Part shown: positions 11,483-21,410 of the stretch, piece after piece
Position numbering within the stretch: position 1 is the stretch's first letter
How the letters are laid out: every line of letters begins with the position of its first letter
Origin: Octopus sinensis
Lineage: Eukaryota
Assembly: GCF_006345805.1 (NCBI RefSeq)
Contig: NW_021829932.1
Coordinates: 1 to 34,547, forward strand
DNA: 34,547 bases
Direction of reading: 5' to 3'
The notes under the pieces: model-generated
Databases searched by the model: none
What the model saw: only the letters and a program-made list of their open reading frames with translations
What the model was told of the DNA's origin: nothing
Program-made: the position numbers and the translations under genes

Positions 11483-11695
11483 TTCATTATATATATATAG
11501 TTGGAATTTACAAATAGGGAGAAGACAGGTGATGTAAAAAAAACAAACAGATGTATTAGTAGAACGCTCAGGAATAGAAAAAGTCTTTCACGTTTCCAGC
11601 CTACGCTCTTCTACAGAAAGGGATACAGAAAAAACAAGGAGAGAAAAAAGAGGAGAGAAAAAAATGTGTGTAGTGGCTAACGATCTATCATGGCG
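11296..11695. mobile_element. Inverted pair of family J PLE-derived repeats (11296-11418 +, 11500-11695 -) around (TA)n
   Basis: Arms align over about 120 nt with scattered mismatches; both end in GTAAATTCCAAC followed by TATA. Confidence 0.75.
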
Positions 11696-12257
11696 ATGTA
11701 TGTATGCATGTATGTATGGGACTACATCCATTAAAAGTATTCTTCCCTTTTTATATGTATTCTTTCATATTAGTTGCAAGAGACTACGTAGAGGCCTCAC
11801 TTATTGGCTCCTATTGCTGCTGTTCATGCTACTGCTGTCATTTTCGTTGTTGCTGCTGTTGCTACAACTTTTGCTGTACATCTTGCTAAAGCTGTTGCTG
11901 TTCCTGCTGCTACAACTACTGCTGCTGCTGCTGCAGTTTATGCTGAGGCTTTTAATACTGCTGCTATTGTTGTTGCTGCTGCTACTGTCGCTGGTTTTTA
12001 CTGATACCATTGTTACTGTTTATTACTATCGAGATTGTTGTTCCTGTTGCTGCTGTTGTTCAGCCCCTGGCCAGGCCTTACCGATCCAGACCTTAAAAAT
12101 ACGTCCTCCGGTCCATAACATTCTTTCCTATTCATATGTTTAAGAAATAGGTTGGAACTTGAGAGAGATACAGTTGGTACTTCTAGCAGTTGAGTGTCTG
12201 CGTAGAGGTCCCCACCTCTGCTCATTGTTTTTGGTATGGATTATATTAGTAGATAAT

Positions 12258-12400
12258 AAGGCGGCGAGCTGGCGGAAACGTTAGCACGCCGGGCGAAATG
12301 CGTAGCCGTATTTTGTCTGCCGTTACGTTCTGAGTTCAAATTCCGCCGAGGTCGACTTTGCTTTTTCATCCTTTTGGGGTCGATTAAATAAGTATCAGTT
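12258..12400 (+). mobile_element. SINE family A, 5' part
   Basis: Near-identical to 1439-1580 and 1671-1764. Confidence 0.8.
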
Positions 12401-12434
12401 AAAGTGCTCTGGGTCTGGTTTGCTCTACAAGTAC

Positions 12435-13375
12435 TACGTCAGCGTCATGTGGGTGCCCACAGTGAAGGAAAGGATCACAAGGCCATTTGAAAGCAGTATG
12501 ATGTCCCTGTAGCAACCGTCTAGAGTATAATCAACAAGCACGAGAGGTTCAATACCCTCAGTGGGCGTGGCAGGAAATGTAAGGTGTATCCTAAACTTGT
12601 CAGGAAAAATCTGCCGAGAGGTCAACAAACCCCGGACCACAATCAAGGCCCTAATTGAAACTCTTGGCCAGGCAGGGACGAAGGTGTCACGATCCACTGC
12701 TGCGCGAGTTTTGCCCAAAGGAGGCCTCCTTGGATTTAAGCCTCGGAAGACGCCGCTGCTCAGGGAGAAACCTCTGGAGGCTCGCCTGGTCTTTGCTAGA
12801 GGTTATCTGAAGCAAGATCCCAGGTTTTGGTCAACCATCCTGTGGTCTCGTGAGACAAGGTTGGCCAAATGGATGCTGAATACGCTTGGAGGAGGAAAGG
12901 AGGAGTATAGAAGCCGAAGAACACTGTGCTCACCGTTAAGCATAGTGTGGAAAGATTATGTTATGGGGATGCTTCTCTTCCAGTGACACAGGGAACTTTG
13001 TCAAAGTCAAAAGAATCAGGAGAAAGGAAGATTGCATCAGGATCCTTGATGAAACTCCAACTCGTCCACAACTGAAAGTACCAGCAGGAGAGTAATCCGA
13101 AACACACTACCTAGGTAGTGAGGTAATGGTTCAAGGACAATGATATCAACGTCCTAGAACGGCCAAGTCAGAGTCCTTGCCTGAATCCGATCGAGAACTT
13201 GTGGCGAGACTTGAAGACCACCAGAGTGATGGCTAGGAAACCGACCGACCTGACCCAGCTCGAGGCTTTCGCCAAGCAAGAGTGGGCCAACATCTCACAG
13301 GAGACATGCAGTAAGGTTGTGGACACGTACAAGAATCGTCAAGAAGCTTCCATAAAAACAATGTGCATGCTATTA
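12435..13375 (+). mobile_element. Decayed Tc1-family (DD34E) transposase, no TIRs visible
   Basis: SGRGRKCK HTH linker, KPRKTPLL..ARLVFA, WSTILWSRET (consensus WSDE), QQESNPKH (consensus QQDNDPKH), SPCLNPIENLW (consensus SPDLNPIE). Multiple stops and frameshifts. Confidence 0.88.
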
Positions 13376-13782
13376 CTCTTTTACTCTTTTACTTGTTTCA
13401 GTCATTTGACTGCGGCCATGCTGGAGCACCGCCTTTAGTTGAGCAAATCGACCCCGGGACTTATTCTTTTGTAAGCCCAGTACTTATTCTATCGGTCTCT
13501 TTTGCCAAACCGCTAGGTGACGGGGACGTAAACACACCAGCATCGGTTGTCAAGCAATGCTAGGGGGGCAAACACAGACACACAAGCATATACACACACA
13601 CATATATATATATATATACATATATACGACAGGCTTCTTTCAGTTTCCGTCTACCAAATTCACTCACAAGGCATTGGTCGGCCCGGGGCTATAGCAGAAG
13701 ACACTTGCCCAAGATGCCACGCAGTGGGACTGAACCCGGAACCATGTGGCTGGTTAGCAAGCTACTTACCACACAGCCACTC
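13374..13782 (-). mobile_element. SINE S1, full length (~410 bp, internal TA/CA microsatellite)
   Basis: Colinear reverse complement of 30348-30763; tRNA-like head and (GAGTAAAA)n tail. Confidence 0.85.
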
Positions 13783-13880
13783 GGGTATGAATAATTTTGG
13801 GGACGACTGCATATACATATGGTGTGTGTGTGTGTGTGTGTGAGTGTGTCTGTCTTGTCTGTCTGTCTGTCTGTGTGTGT

Positions 13881-13914
<34 letters not shown>

Positions 13915-14040
13915 CTGTGTGTGTGTCTGTGTGGCCTGCTCGCTTAGCCAGCGAGGTGGCGTCAATCGAAGGCTAAAACAATGCGAACGCATTGTGACCA
14001 GTGATGTGTAGCAACATCTGATGCTCTGGTCGGTCACGTG

Positions 14041-14071
<31 letters not shown>

Positions 14072-14076
14072 ATAAG

Positions 14077-14115
<39 letters not shown>

Positions 14116-14330
14116 ACACAGGGGAGGGGAGAGGGAGAGAGAGAGAGAGAGAGAGGAATGTGTGTATTTTACCCTTGTTAACAATTGACACGGAAAAAAT
14201 AGATAAATAGTTACCAGGGTGGCAAAAAACCACACAAGTAAAAAGGTTGTAACTCCTTGTTTTTAAAGGTATAAACCTCGGGTTTACGTGAAATATTTTG
14301 CATAATATATATAAATAAATAAATGGAGTT

Positions 14331-14493
14331 AAACGCAGGTGTTAAAATTTCTGTTAAAATGTCTTATTGACGAGTTTCATTTCTTCACTTCCCTGGAGAG
14401 AATATTACATTGTTTTACATAATTTTATTCCTTTGGAATAATACCAGTGATATCTTCGAAGCATGTAAAATAATTTGAATAACACCTGCGTTT
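14331..14493 (+). mobile_element. Small element with 14-bp inverted repeats and a decayed HHR
   Basis: AAACGCAGGTGTTA / TAACACCTGCGTTT. Internal CTGGAGA GAATATTAC...GTGATATCTTC GAAGC ATGT; shares TTTATTCCTTYGGAAT with 14843-15085. Confidence 0.5.
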
Positions 14494-14541
14494 TTTTTTA
14501 CACAAACTACATTTATCACATACACATATACATACCACATA

Positions 14542-14634
<93 letters not shown>

Positions 14635-14655
14635 ATATATATATACATATATATA

Positions 14656-14688
<33 letters not shown>

Positions 14689-14842
14689 GATATTTAAGTA
14701 GTTGAATGAATTATCCTAGTATGGATAATTCGGTTAACCGATACCCGGGTAGCAAATTCACGTCAGAAAGCACGGTTGAAGCTACAATGCCAAGGGCAGA
14801 AATCACGTGCTTTCATGTGGAAATTTGTGTGTTTTTTTTAAC

Positions 14843-15085
14843 TATAGGTAAATGAAAGAATGGAGTCGAACGACGATTTAACAAAATTCCATTATTTTCG
14901 ACACATGTTTCGAAGACTGCATATTCTTAATTCCGAAGGAATAAAGGGTGCATTATGCCGCCTTCTCATCAGGAAAGGCAAGGAACTTATGTCAGCATCA
15001 TGACGAACAAAAGCTTTTAGATGACTGCCCACACGGAGTCCATAGTGATAATGTGATAATGAGTCCATTCTTTCATTTACCTATA
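14843..15085 (-). mobile_element. 243-bp MITE-like element with perfect 22-bp terminal inverted repeats, TA-flanked, containing an HHR
   Basis: TATAGGTAAATGAAAGAATGGA at 14843-14864 is the exact reverse complement of 15064-15085. Confidence 0.7.
14896..14976 (-). ncRNA. Type I hammerhead ribozyme candidate, canonical core
   Basis: UUUC CUGAUGA GAAGGC G GCAUA (loop) UAUGC A GUCUUC GAA AC AUGU GUC GAAA: 4-bp stem I, ~11-bp stem II, short stem III, GUC site. Confidence 0.7.
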
Positions 15086-15088
15086 TAT

Positions 15089-15127
<39 letters not shown>

Positions 15128-15214
15128 CAAATTCGCTTTTTTTTTATTCTTTTTGTGCCGTTTTTACATTAATATGTTTCTCTTCCTACATTTACCAAAT
15201 AATAATCTTTGCAG

Positions 15215-15430
15215 GATTCTTTCCAATCGGTTCCATGGACACCGAAAATGCCAAAAATGGCCCAACCTGACCTCAACTATATGGCACCTGAAATTATCAG
15301 TGATAAAACATGTACATCACTAAGCGACATTTTCTCTCTCGGAATGGTTGTATGTGCTCTTTACAATTCTGGCCACCCGCTCATTGAAGCCGAACACAGT
15401 GTCAGCTTGTATCTCAAAAAACTAGAACAG
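15215..15430 (+). CDS. SCYL2: SCYL2-type exon C, 72 aa DSFQSVPWTPKMPKMAQPDLNYMAPE...SDIFSLGMVVCALYNSGHPLIEAEHSVSLYLKKLEQ
   Basis: TTTGCAG acceptor, CAG|GTAAAA donor, 216 nt. Contains APE (VIII) and SDIFSLG (IX) motifs. Confidence 0.93.
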
Positions 15431-15477
15431 GTAAAAAAAAATTTTCTACAAATATTTTTTTTACATTATTGTGAGTG

Positions 15478-16260
15478 TTGTTGTTGTTGTTGTTTTCCGA
15501 TTGACTTGTATTTTATTTCCTCTTTCGACCGGGTCTCAACCAGAGACTTAAGGTTCATATACATCAGATGGAGAGAAACTTTCTGAGAATGTGGACAGTC
15601 GATGTCAATGTCAACACAATTTTTTCTAAGTCTCGTACATTGACTTGTATTTTATTTCCTCTTTCGACCGGGTCTCAACCAGAGACCTAAGATCATATAC
15701 ATTAAATGGAGAAAAACTTTCTGAGAATGTGGACAGTCGATGTCAATGTCAACACAATTTTTTCTAAGTCTCGTAGATTGCTGGTTTCTCCAGAGATATG
15801 GTCAAAACAATTTGTCACTACCTTTTTTGATCAATCCCAAGGCACCTACAACAACAGGGAAGATTTTGTTTTTAATTGTCACGTCCTAGATATTTCAGTC
15901 TCAAGGTCCTTATATTTCGGCATGTTTTCAAATTCCTTTGCTGAAATGTTTTTTATCAGTAGGCATTGTTGTGTCAGTTAACGGGCGTGTTTTTTGTCTT
16001 GGGTCTTTGATGACGATGTCTGGTAGGGTAGCATTTATTTGCTTGTATGTATTCCATAATCCCATAGGATGGTAACATTCTCCCCGACTAGTAACTGACT
16101 CTGGATTGTGTTCATACCAGTTTTTAGAGTGCGGGATATCATATTGACAACATATGCTTCAATGCAAGTATTAGCCAACTGGATCATGCGTGGTTTCATG
16201 TTCTGTAGGGGGCAAGGACTGAACAACCGGCATCAATGTGGTCAGCACTCACAATTTTGT
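15478..16260 (-). mobile_element. RLE-type LINE 3' fragment with duplicated terminus and (AAC)n tail
   Basis: GENVTILWDYGIHTSK..ATLPDIVIKD endonuclease motif, FPVVVGALGLIKKG, STVHILRK. A 139-bp direct repeat spans 15500-15638 and 15639-15777. Confidence 0.75.
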
Positions 16261-16311
16261 CATTGTTCAGTCAACACTGTGTCTGTCTCATTGTGTGTAA
16301 TATGTGCTGTC

Positions 16312-16681
16312 GGAGGCGCAATGGCTCAGTGGTTAGGGCAGCGGACTCGCGGTCATAGGATCGCGGTCTCGATTCCCAGACCGGGCGTTGTGAGTGTTTA
16401 TTGAGCTCCACGACACTCCGGCAGGGGATGGTGGTGATCCCTGCTGTACTCTTTCACGACAACTTTCTCTCACTCTTACTTCCTGTTTCTGTTGTACCTG
16501 TATTTCAAAGGGCCGGCCTTGTCACTCTCTGTGTTACGCTGAATATCCCCGAGAACTACGTTAAGGGTACACGTGTCTGTGGAGTGATCAGCCACTTACA
16601 CGTTAATTTCACGAGCAGGCTGTTCCGTTGATTCGGATCAACCAGAACCCTCATCGTCGTAACCGACGGAGTGCTTCCATC
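16312..16681 (+). mobile_element. SINE family D, 12-bp TSD AATATGTGCTGT
   Basis: TSD at 16299-16310 and 16682-16693; homologous to 8122-8509. Confidence 0.9.
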
Positions 16682-16682
16682 A

Positions 16683-17042
16683 ATATGTGCTGTGATTTAT
16701 TGTGATGATCTAATGGTTACTGTATTGAAAGTGTTTTGCGTAGGATGTGTGCAGTGCCTAGTAGTGCAATATTCTGTATGGTATATATATTTGTAAGTCC
16801 TGGTGTTTTTGTTACGTATTTGTCTGAATATTTTTTATCATACCTAATGCGCCTACTATGATAGAAATTGTTTCTGTTTTTAGATTCCACATTCGAGTTA
16901 CCTCTATTTCCAGGTCTTTGAGGTAACTCGAATGTGAAATCTAAAAAACAGAAGCAATACCCATCATAGTGGGCGCATTAGGTACGATACAAAATATTCA
17001 GACAAATACATAACAAAAAACACCAGGACTTACAAATATATA
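16683..17042. mobile_element. R4/Dong-like LINE 3' end (16683-16918, -) with an inverted copy (16920-17042, +)
   Basis: EVTRMWNLKTETISIIVGALGMIKKYSDKYVTKTPGLTNIYTIQNIALLGTAHILRKTLSIQ*. Arms 16784-16904 and 16920-17042, 15-nt spacer. Confidence 0.85.
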
Positions 17043-17052
17043 TTATTATTAT

Positions 17053-17763
17053 TGCCTTTGCACAGCTTCAAACGTTGGAGATGTACTACGGTGTCAGCTG
17101 TTCACTACCAGTGAAATAAGGTAACACCTTTTATTTTTCGAGCACCTTCCAGAGTATTCGAGCAGTTCCAAGCAGTGCTGTTTTCTACAAGTGCTCCACC
17201 CTTATTGCAACCCCTATTTGTCCCATGTACTTCTCAAGATTTTTGCTCACTGTTCCCAGGGCTCCGACAATTATTGGTACTACTGCTACCTTTTTCATCG
17301 ACTGCAATTGCTTAACTTCCCAAGCTAACCTGTCATATCTATCGACTTTTCTTTCTTCCTTGTCGCATACTGTTACCGGCTGGGCATGCTATATCTATGA
17401 TCCAGCATAGTTTGCTTGCTTTCTCAATTAAGACTATGTCTGGCTTTTTATTCCATATCTCAGGGGCGCACTGAGTCATAAAATCCCATAGAATCTTTTG
17501 CATTATCATTTTCCATGACGCCTTCGGGTTTACGGCCGTACCAAGTTTTTGCTCAGTCAAGTCTATACTTTTTGTAAAGTGTCCAATGGACAAGTCTTGC
17601 TATATTGTCATGACGTCTCTTATATTCTTTCTGGGCTAGTGGTGTACATTGACTGGTATTATGCCATACGCTTTCACCATTTGGTCCACAAAAGCTGCAC
17701 TTATGACTTTCTGGAGCGTTGCCTATTCTGTATTTTATGTAATTTGTTCTTAGTGCTTGCTCT
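17053..17763 (-). mobile_element. RLE-type LINE: CCHC knuckle, endonuclease and 3' UTR
   Basis: EQALRTNYIKYR..CSFCGPNGESVWHNTSQC..HDNIARLVHW..KILWDF..KKPDIVLIEK..IIDIACP..VPIIVGALGTV..TALLGTARIL; (ATT)n on both sides. Confidence 0.85.
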
Positions 17764-17790
17764 TCTTCTTCTTCTTACTATTATTATTAC

Positions 17791-17864
<74 letters not shown>

Positions 17865-17865
<1 letters not shown>

Positions 17866-17955
17866 GAAGGGGGTAAGCTGGCAAACTCGTCAGCACGCCG
17901 GGCAAAATGCTTATATTCCGCCGGTGTTGACTTTGCCTTTCAGCTATTCATAAAT
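17865..17955 (+). mobile_element. Degenerate SINE A head
   Basis: AGCTGGCA..CGTCAGCACGCCGGGCAAAATGCTTA..TTCCGCC..GACTTTGCCTTTCA. Confidence 0.6.
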
Positions 17956-17993
<38 letters not shown>

Positions 17994-18544
17994 GAGTGAG
18001 AGAGCAGTGCATGCCATCAAAGTGACACTGGGGTAAAATATACGAAGCCCAATATACCCATCATGACTACCCGTCTGATAAAGGTACACCAGGCACATGC
18101 ATCACAACCATATGTGCGCGACATGGTGATCTCATATCAAGATAAACAGCACATGACCTTGCAGGTGGGGCCCAGTTAGAATTTTCTTCAGATTGAGTAG
18201 CCCATCCCGCTCAAACGGTCCCTGAATAAGGGTTGTTTAAGGATGTTGAAAGAACCACCCATGTTTCCAGAGGTGAACTATTCAAACCCCAAGAATCCCT
18301 CTCAACACATGGCTATGATGCTCCCCACTACTTCTGCTCGTGATCAGAGATGCACATATTGTCAGCCACGAAGGACATGCTCAACTGGTTAAGGTCAAAC
18401 AACTGACAAGCAAATATGTGGTATTGAGCAGAATTTGCTGTAGCCCATCTTTTATACCAAGACAAAACAATGTACATGATAACACTTCAATCAGTTAAGA
18501 TCAGAAGCCATGAGAGCCACTGCTGGTACTGCATCAGGGCATTT
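17994..18544 (-). mobile_element. Repeat family F, full-length copy
   Basis: Same boundaries as 2778-3327; (ATT)n on both sides. Confidence 0.8.
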
Positions 18545-18577
18545 ATTACATCTTTTATACCAAGACAAAACAATGTA

Positions 18578-18614
<37 letters not shown>

Positions 18615-18639
18615 ATTATTATTATTATTGCTATTATTA

Positions 18640-18690
<51 letters not shown>

Positions 18691-18704
18691 GCTATTATCA
18701 TTGC

Positions 18705-18770
<66 letters not shown>

Positions 18771-18771
<1 letters not shown>

Positions 18772-18900
18772 TTGACGTTTGCTTTGTATTTGTACAAGCT
18801 GACTCCAAGTCTCCCCCAGAAACAATGAATTAGACGTTCAAATTGGTGTTATGCATAGGGTGTCATATATTTGGTTTTGCACAAAGTATTGTTCTAGAGA
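18771..18900 (-). mobile_element. LINE-like 3' terminus with (AAT)n tail
   Basis: Reverse complement of 29130-29278 (CTTGTACAAATA.AAAGCAAA.GTCAAA). Confidence 0.6.
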
Positions 18901-18962
18901 ATTTGGTAGATAGAAACTACGAAACCTGTCAGATGTATGTGTGTGTGTGTGAGAGAGAGAGA

Positions 18963-19170
18963 GTTGCTTGTCCCCCACAGCCGCCTGACAACCGGTGTTT
19001 GTTTCTTTACGTCCCCGTTACTTAGCAGTTCGGCAAAATAGACCTACAGAGTAAGTACTAAGCCTTTAAAAAAATTATAAGTACTGGGGTCGATTTGCTC
19101 GACGAAACCTTCAAGGCAGTGTGCAAGCACGGTCGCAGTCTACTGGCTGAAAATACTAAATGGTAAAAAA
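18963..19170 (+). mobile_element. SINE S1 3' half, degenerate
   Basis: TTTACGTCCCCGTTACTTAGCAGTTCGGCAAAA...GGGGTCGATTTGCTCGAC. Confidence 0.7.
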
Positions 19171-19557
19171 TAACGATTGTCTATGCAGCATCGATCTGCG
19201 GAACTGCTTTTAAGTTCCTCTTCACCGACAGTTAATGTTGGAACATAATTCTTCAACGATATGGGAATAAATTATATGGAGAAGCATAGTTAATGTATTT
19301 TTTATAGGAATCAAGTTTGCATTATCTAATTACATAAACGTATAGAAGCAAATATTAATACGATAAAAATTTAAGCTCCGCTTCCTGCAACAGAAAACTA
19401 GTTTTTGATATTAATTCCCATTTCTGTTTTACCAATCCGGAACATATAAAGACATTCAACGAAGGTGATAGAAGATAGAACACAAAGGAAGAATATAAAA
19501 TAAACATGGAGTTGGAATCAGTTTGACGCTCAGGAAATGGGTGGAACTGAAGTAAAT

Positions 19558-19597
19558 ATCTTTAACGTTTCGAGTATACACTCTTCTTCAGAAAGAT
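19558..19597 (-). ncRNA. Minimal type I hammerhead ribozyme candidate (40 nt) within a PLE-derived repeat (about 19430-19625)
   Basis: AUCUUU CUGAAGA A GAGU-GUAU-ACUC GAAAC GUU AAAGAU: perfect 6-bp stem I, 4-bp stem II, palindromic stem III. Confidence 0.7.
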
Positions 19598-19639
19598 ACG
19601 ATAGAGATAAAGAGGAAAAATGAAGAAGGATATATTCAT

Positions 19640-19840
19640 TTATTCTTTTACTTGTTTCAGATATTTAACTGCAGCCATGCTGGAGCACTGCATTTAGTCG
19701 AAGAAATCGCTCCCAGAACTTATTCTTTGTCAGCCTAGTACTTATTCTATCGGACTCTTTTGCCCAACTGCTAGGTTACAGGGACGTAAACACACCAATA
19801 TAGGTTGTCAAGTGATGGTGGAGAACAAATTCAGACACAC
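19640..19840 (-). mobile_element. SINE S1 3' half
   Basis: CTTTTACTTGTTTCAG..GCCATGCTGGAGCAC..AGTACTTATTCTATCGG. Confidence 0.75.
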
Positions 19841-19986
19841 ATACATACAGGAATATATATTTCAGACGCACATACACATGTGCGCACACCACTTGAAAAA
19901 ACACACATCAACTGCTACAAACAACACACACACACACGTAAGACTCACTCGCCCCCATTCACACATACACACTCACAGACACCATT

Positions 19987-20035
<49 letters not shown>

Positions 20036-20189
20036 CACACACACACACACACGCTTGCACACCTTAGTTCTTTTGGATCAGCATTATCATTTCCCTTTCA
20101 TTCAACCTCCTTTTTTTTATTATTATCTCCCTTTCTTTCAACCTCTTCTTTTCTAGTCATCCCGCCGAACTCTACGCAGTTTTTCTACT

Positions 20190-20385
20190 GAACTCTACAC
20201 AGTTTTTCTCCGTTTTTGTTTTTTTCATTCTCTCTCCATTTTTTCCTCATATATTTCCGTCGAAGAGCGTAGGCCTAAGACGTAAGAGACTTTTCCAGTT
20301 TTCCCGAGCGTTAAGCTAATACACATGCTTGTTGTTCCTACACTTGTCTTCATCTTATGTTCCTTTGTAACTTTGAACTATATAT
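20190..20385 (+). mobile_element. Family J PLE-derived repeat, degenerate HHR
   Basis: TTTCCGTCGAAGAGCGTAGGCCTAAGACGTAAGAGAC..GAGCGTTAAGCTAATAC. Confidence 0.6.
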
Positions 20386-20387
20386 AC

Positions 20388-20540
20388 GTCAGGCTTCGTT
20401 CAGTTCCGTCTACTAAATCCACTCACAAGGCTTTGGTCGGCCTGAGGCTACAGTACAAGACACTTGCCCAAGGTTCCACGCAATTGACTGAACTCGGCAC
20501 CATGTGTTTGGGAAGCAAGCTTCTTACCACACAGCCACAC
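20388..20540 (-). mobile_element. SINE S1 5' half
   Basis: CACTCACAAGGCTTTGGTCGGCC..AAGACACTTGCCCAAGG..GCAAGCTTCTTACCACACAGCC. Confidence 0.75.
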
Positions 20541-21259
20541 AATCACACACACACACACACACACACACAGCCACACAATCACACACACACACACACACAC
20601 ACATACACACACGCGCACACACACACACACACACACATAAGGTGCGATGGATAAAATGTCGCCATTTATATTTTTCGCGGAGAAAGAGGCCGAAACAATA
20701 ACAATTCTGCTTCACTGCCTGAGGAGATAGCACCACCCTCAGCACACAAATCTTTTTCTCTAAAACCTGTGTAACGATTCCACCAATCTAAAATCCATGA
20801 AGAATTTTCAGTCAAATGAATCCACCCTAGTACTTATTATTTATAAAGCCTGATACTTATTCTATATCTCTCTCTCTTGCCGAACCACTAAGTAACGGGA
20901 ACGTAAGCACGCCAACACCCAAGCGGTGATGGGGTCAAACACACATACACACCACCACCACCATCACCCCACACGCACAAGCACACAGACACACACACAT
21001 GCATACAAACATATATATATTTATAAATTTTTAAACAAACCCGAAGGTTGTAATAAACGGAGAAGAGCGACACACATAGGTCATTTTTAATGAATATTAT
21101 AATTATGTATTACTTATTTAATATATGCTCCATATATGTTTTGAATGGAGCATATACTAAATAAATAGTATATAATTATAGTTATTGTGTGTGTGTGTGT
21201 GTGGTGTGGTGTGTGTGTGTGTGTCTGTGTCTGTGTCTGTGTGTGTGTGTGTGTGTGAA

Positions 21260-21410
21260 GAACTGCTTTCAGATCCACTCACAAGGCTTTGGTTGACCCA
21301 AGGCTATAGCAGAAGACACTTGCCCAAGGTGTGCCATACTGTGAAACTGAACCCGGAACCACATGGTTGGGAAATAAGCCTTTTATCACACAGCCATACC
21401 TGTGCTTATA
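21260..21410 (-). mobile_element. SINE S1 5' half
   Basis: CCACTCACAAGGCTTTGG..GCTATAGCAGAAGACACTTGCCCAAGG..CTGAACCCGGAACCAC. Confidence 0.75.

Noticed and set aside
12561-13438. Functional or domesticated transposase
   Set aside because: Stops, frameshifts and loss of catalytic Asp motifs (WSRET, QQESN).
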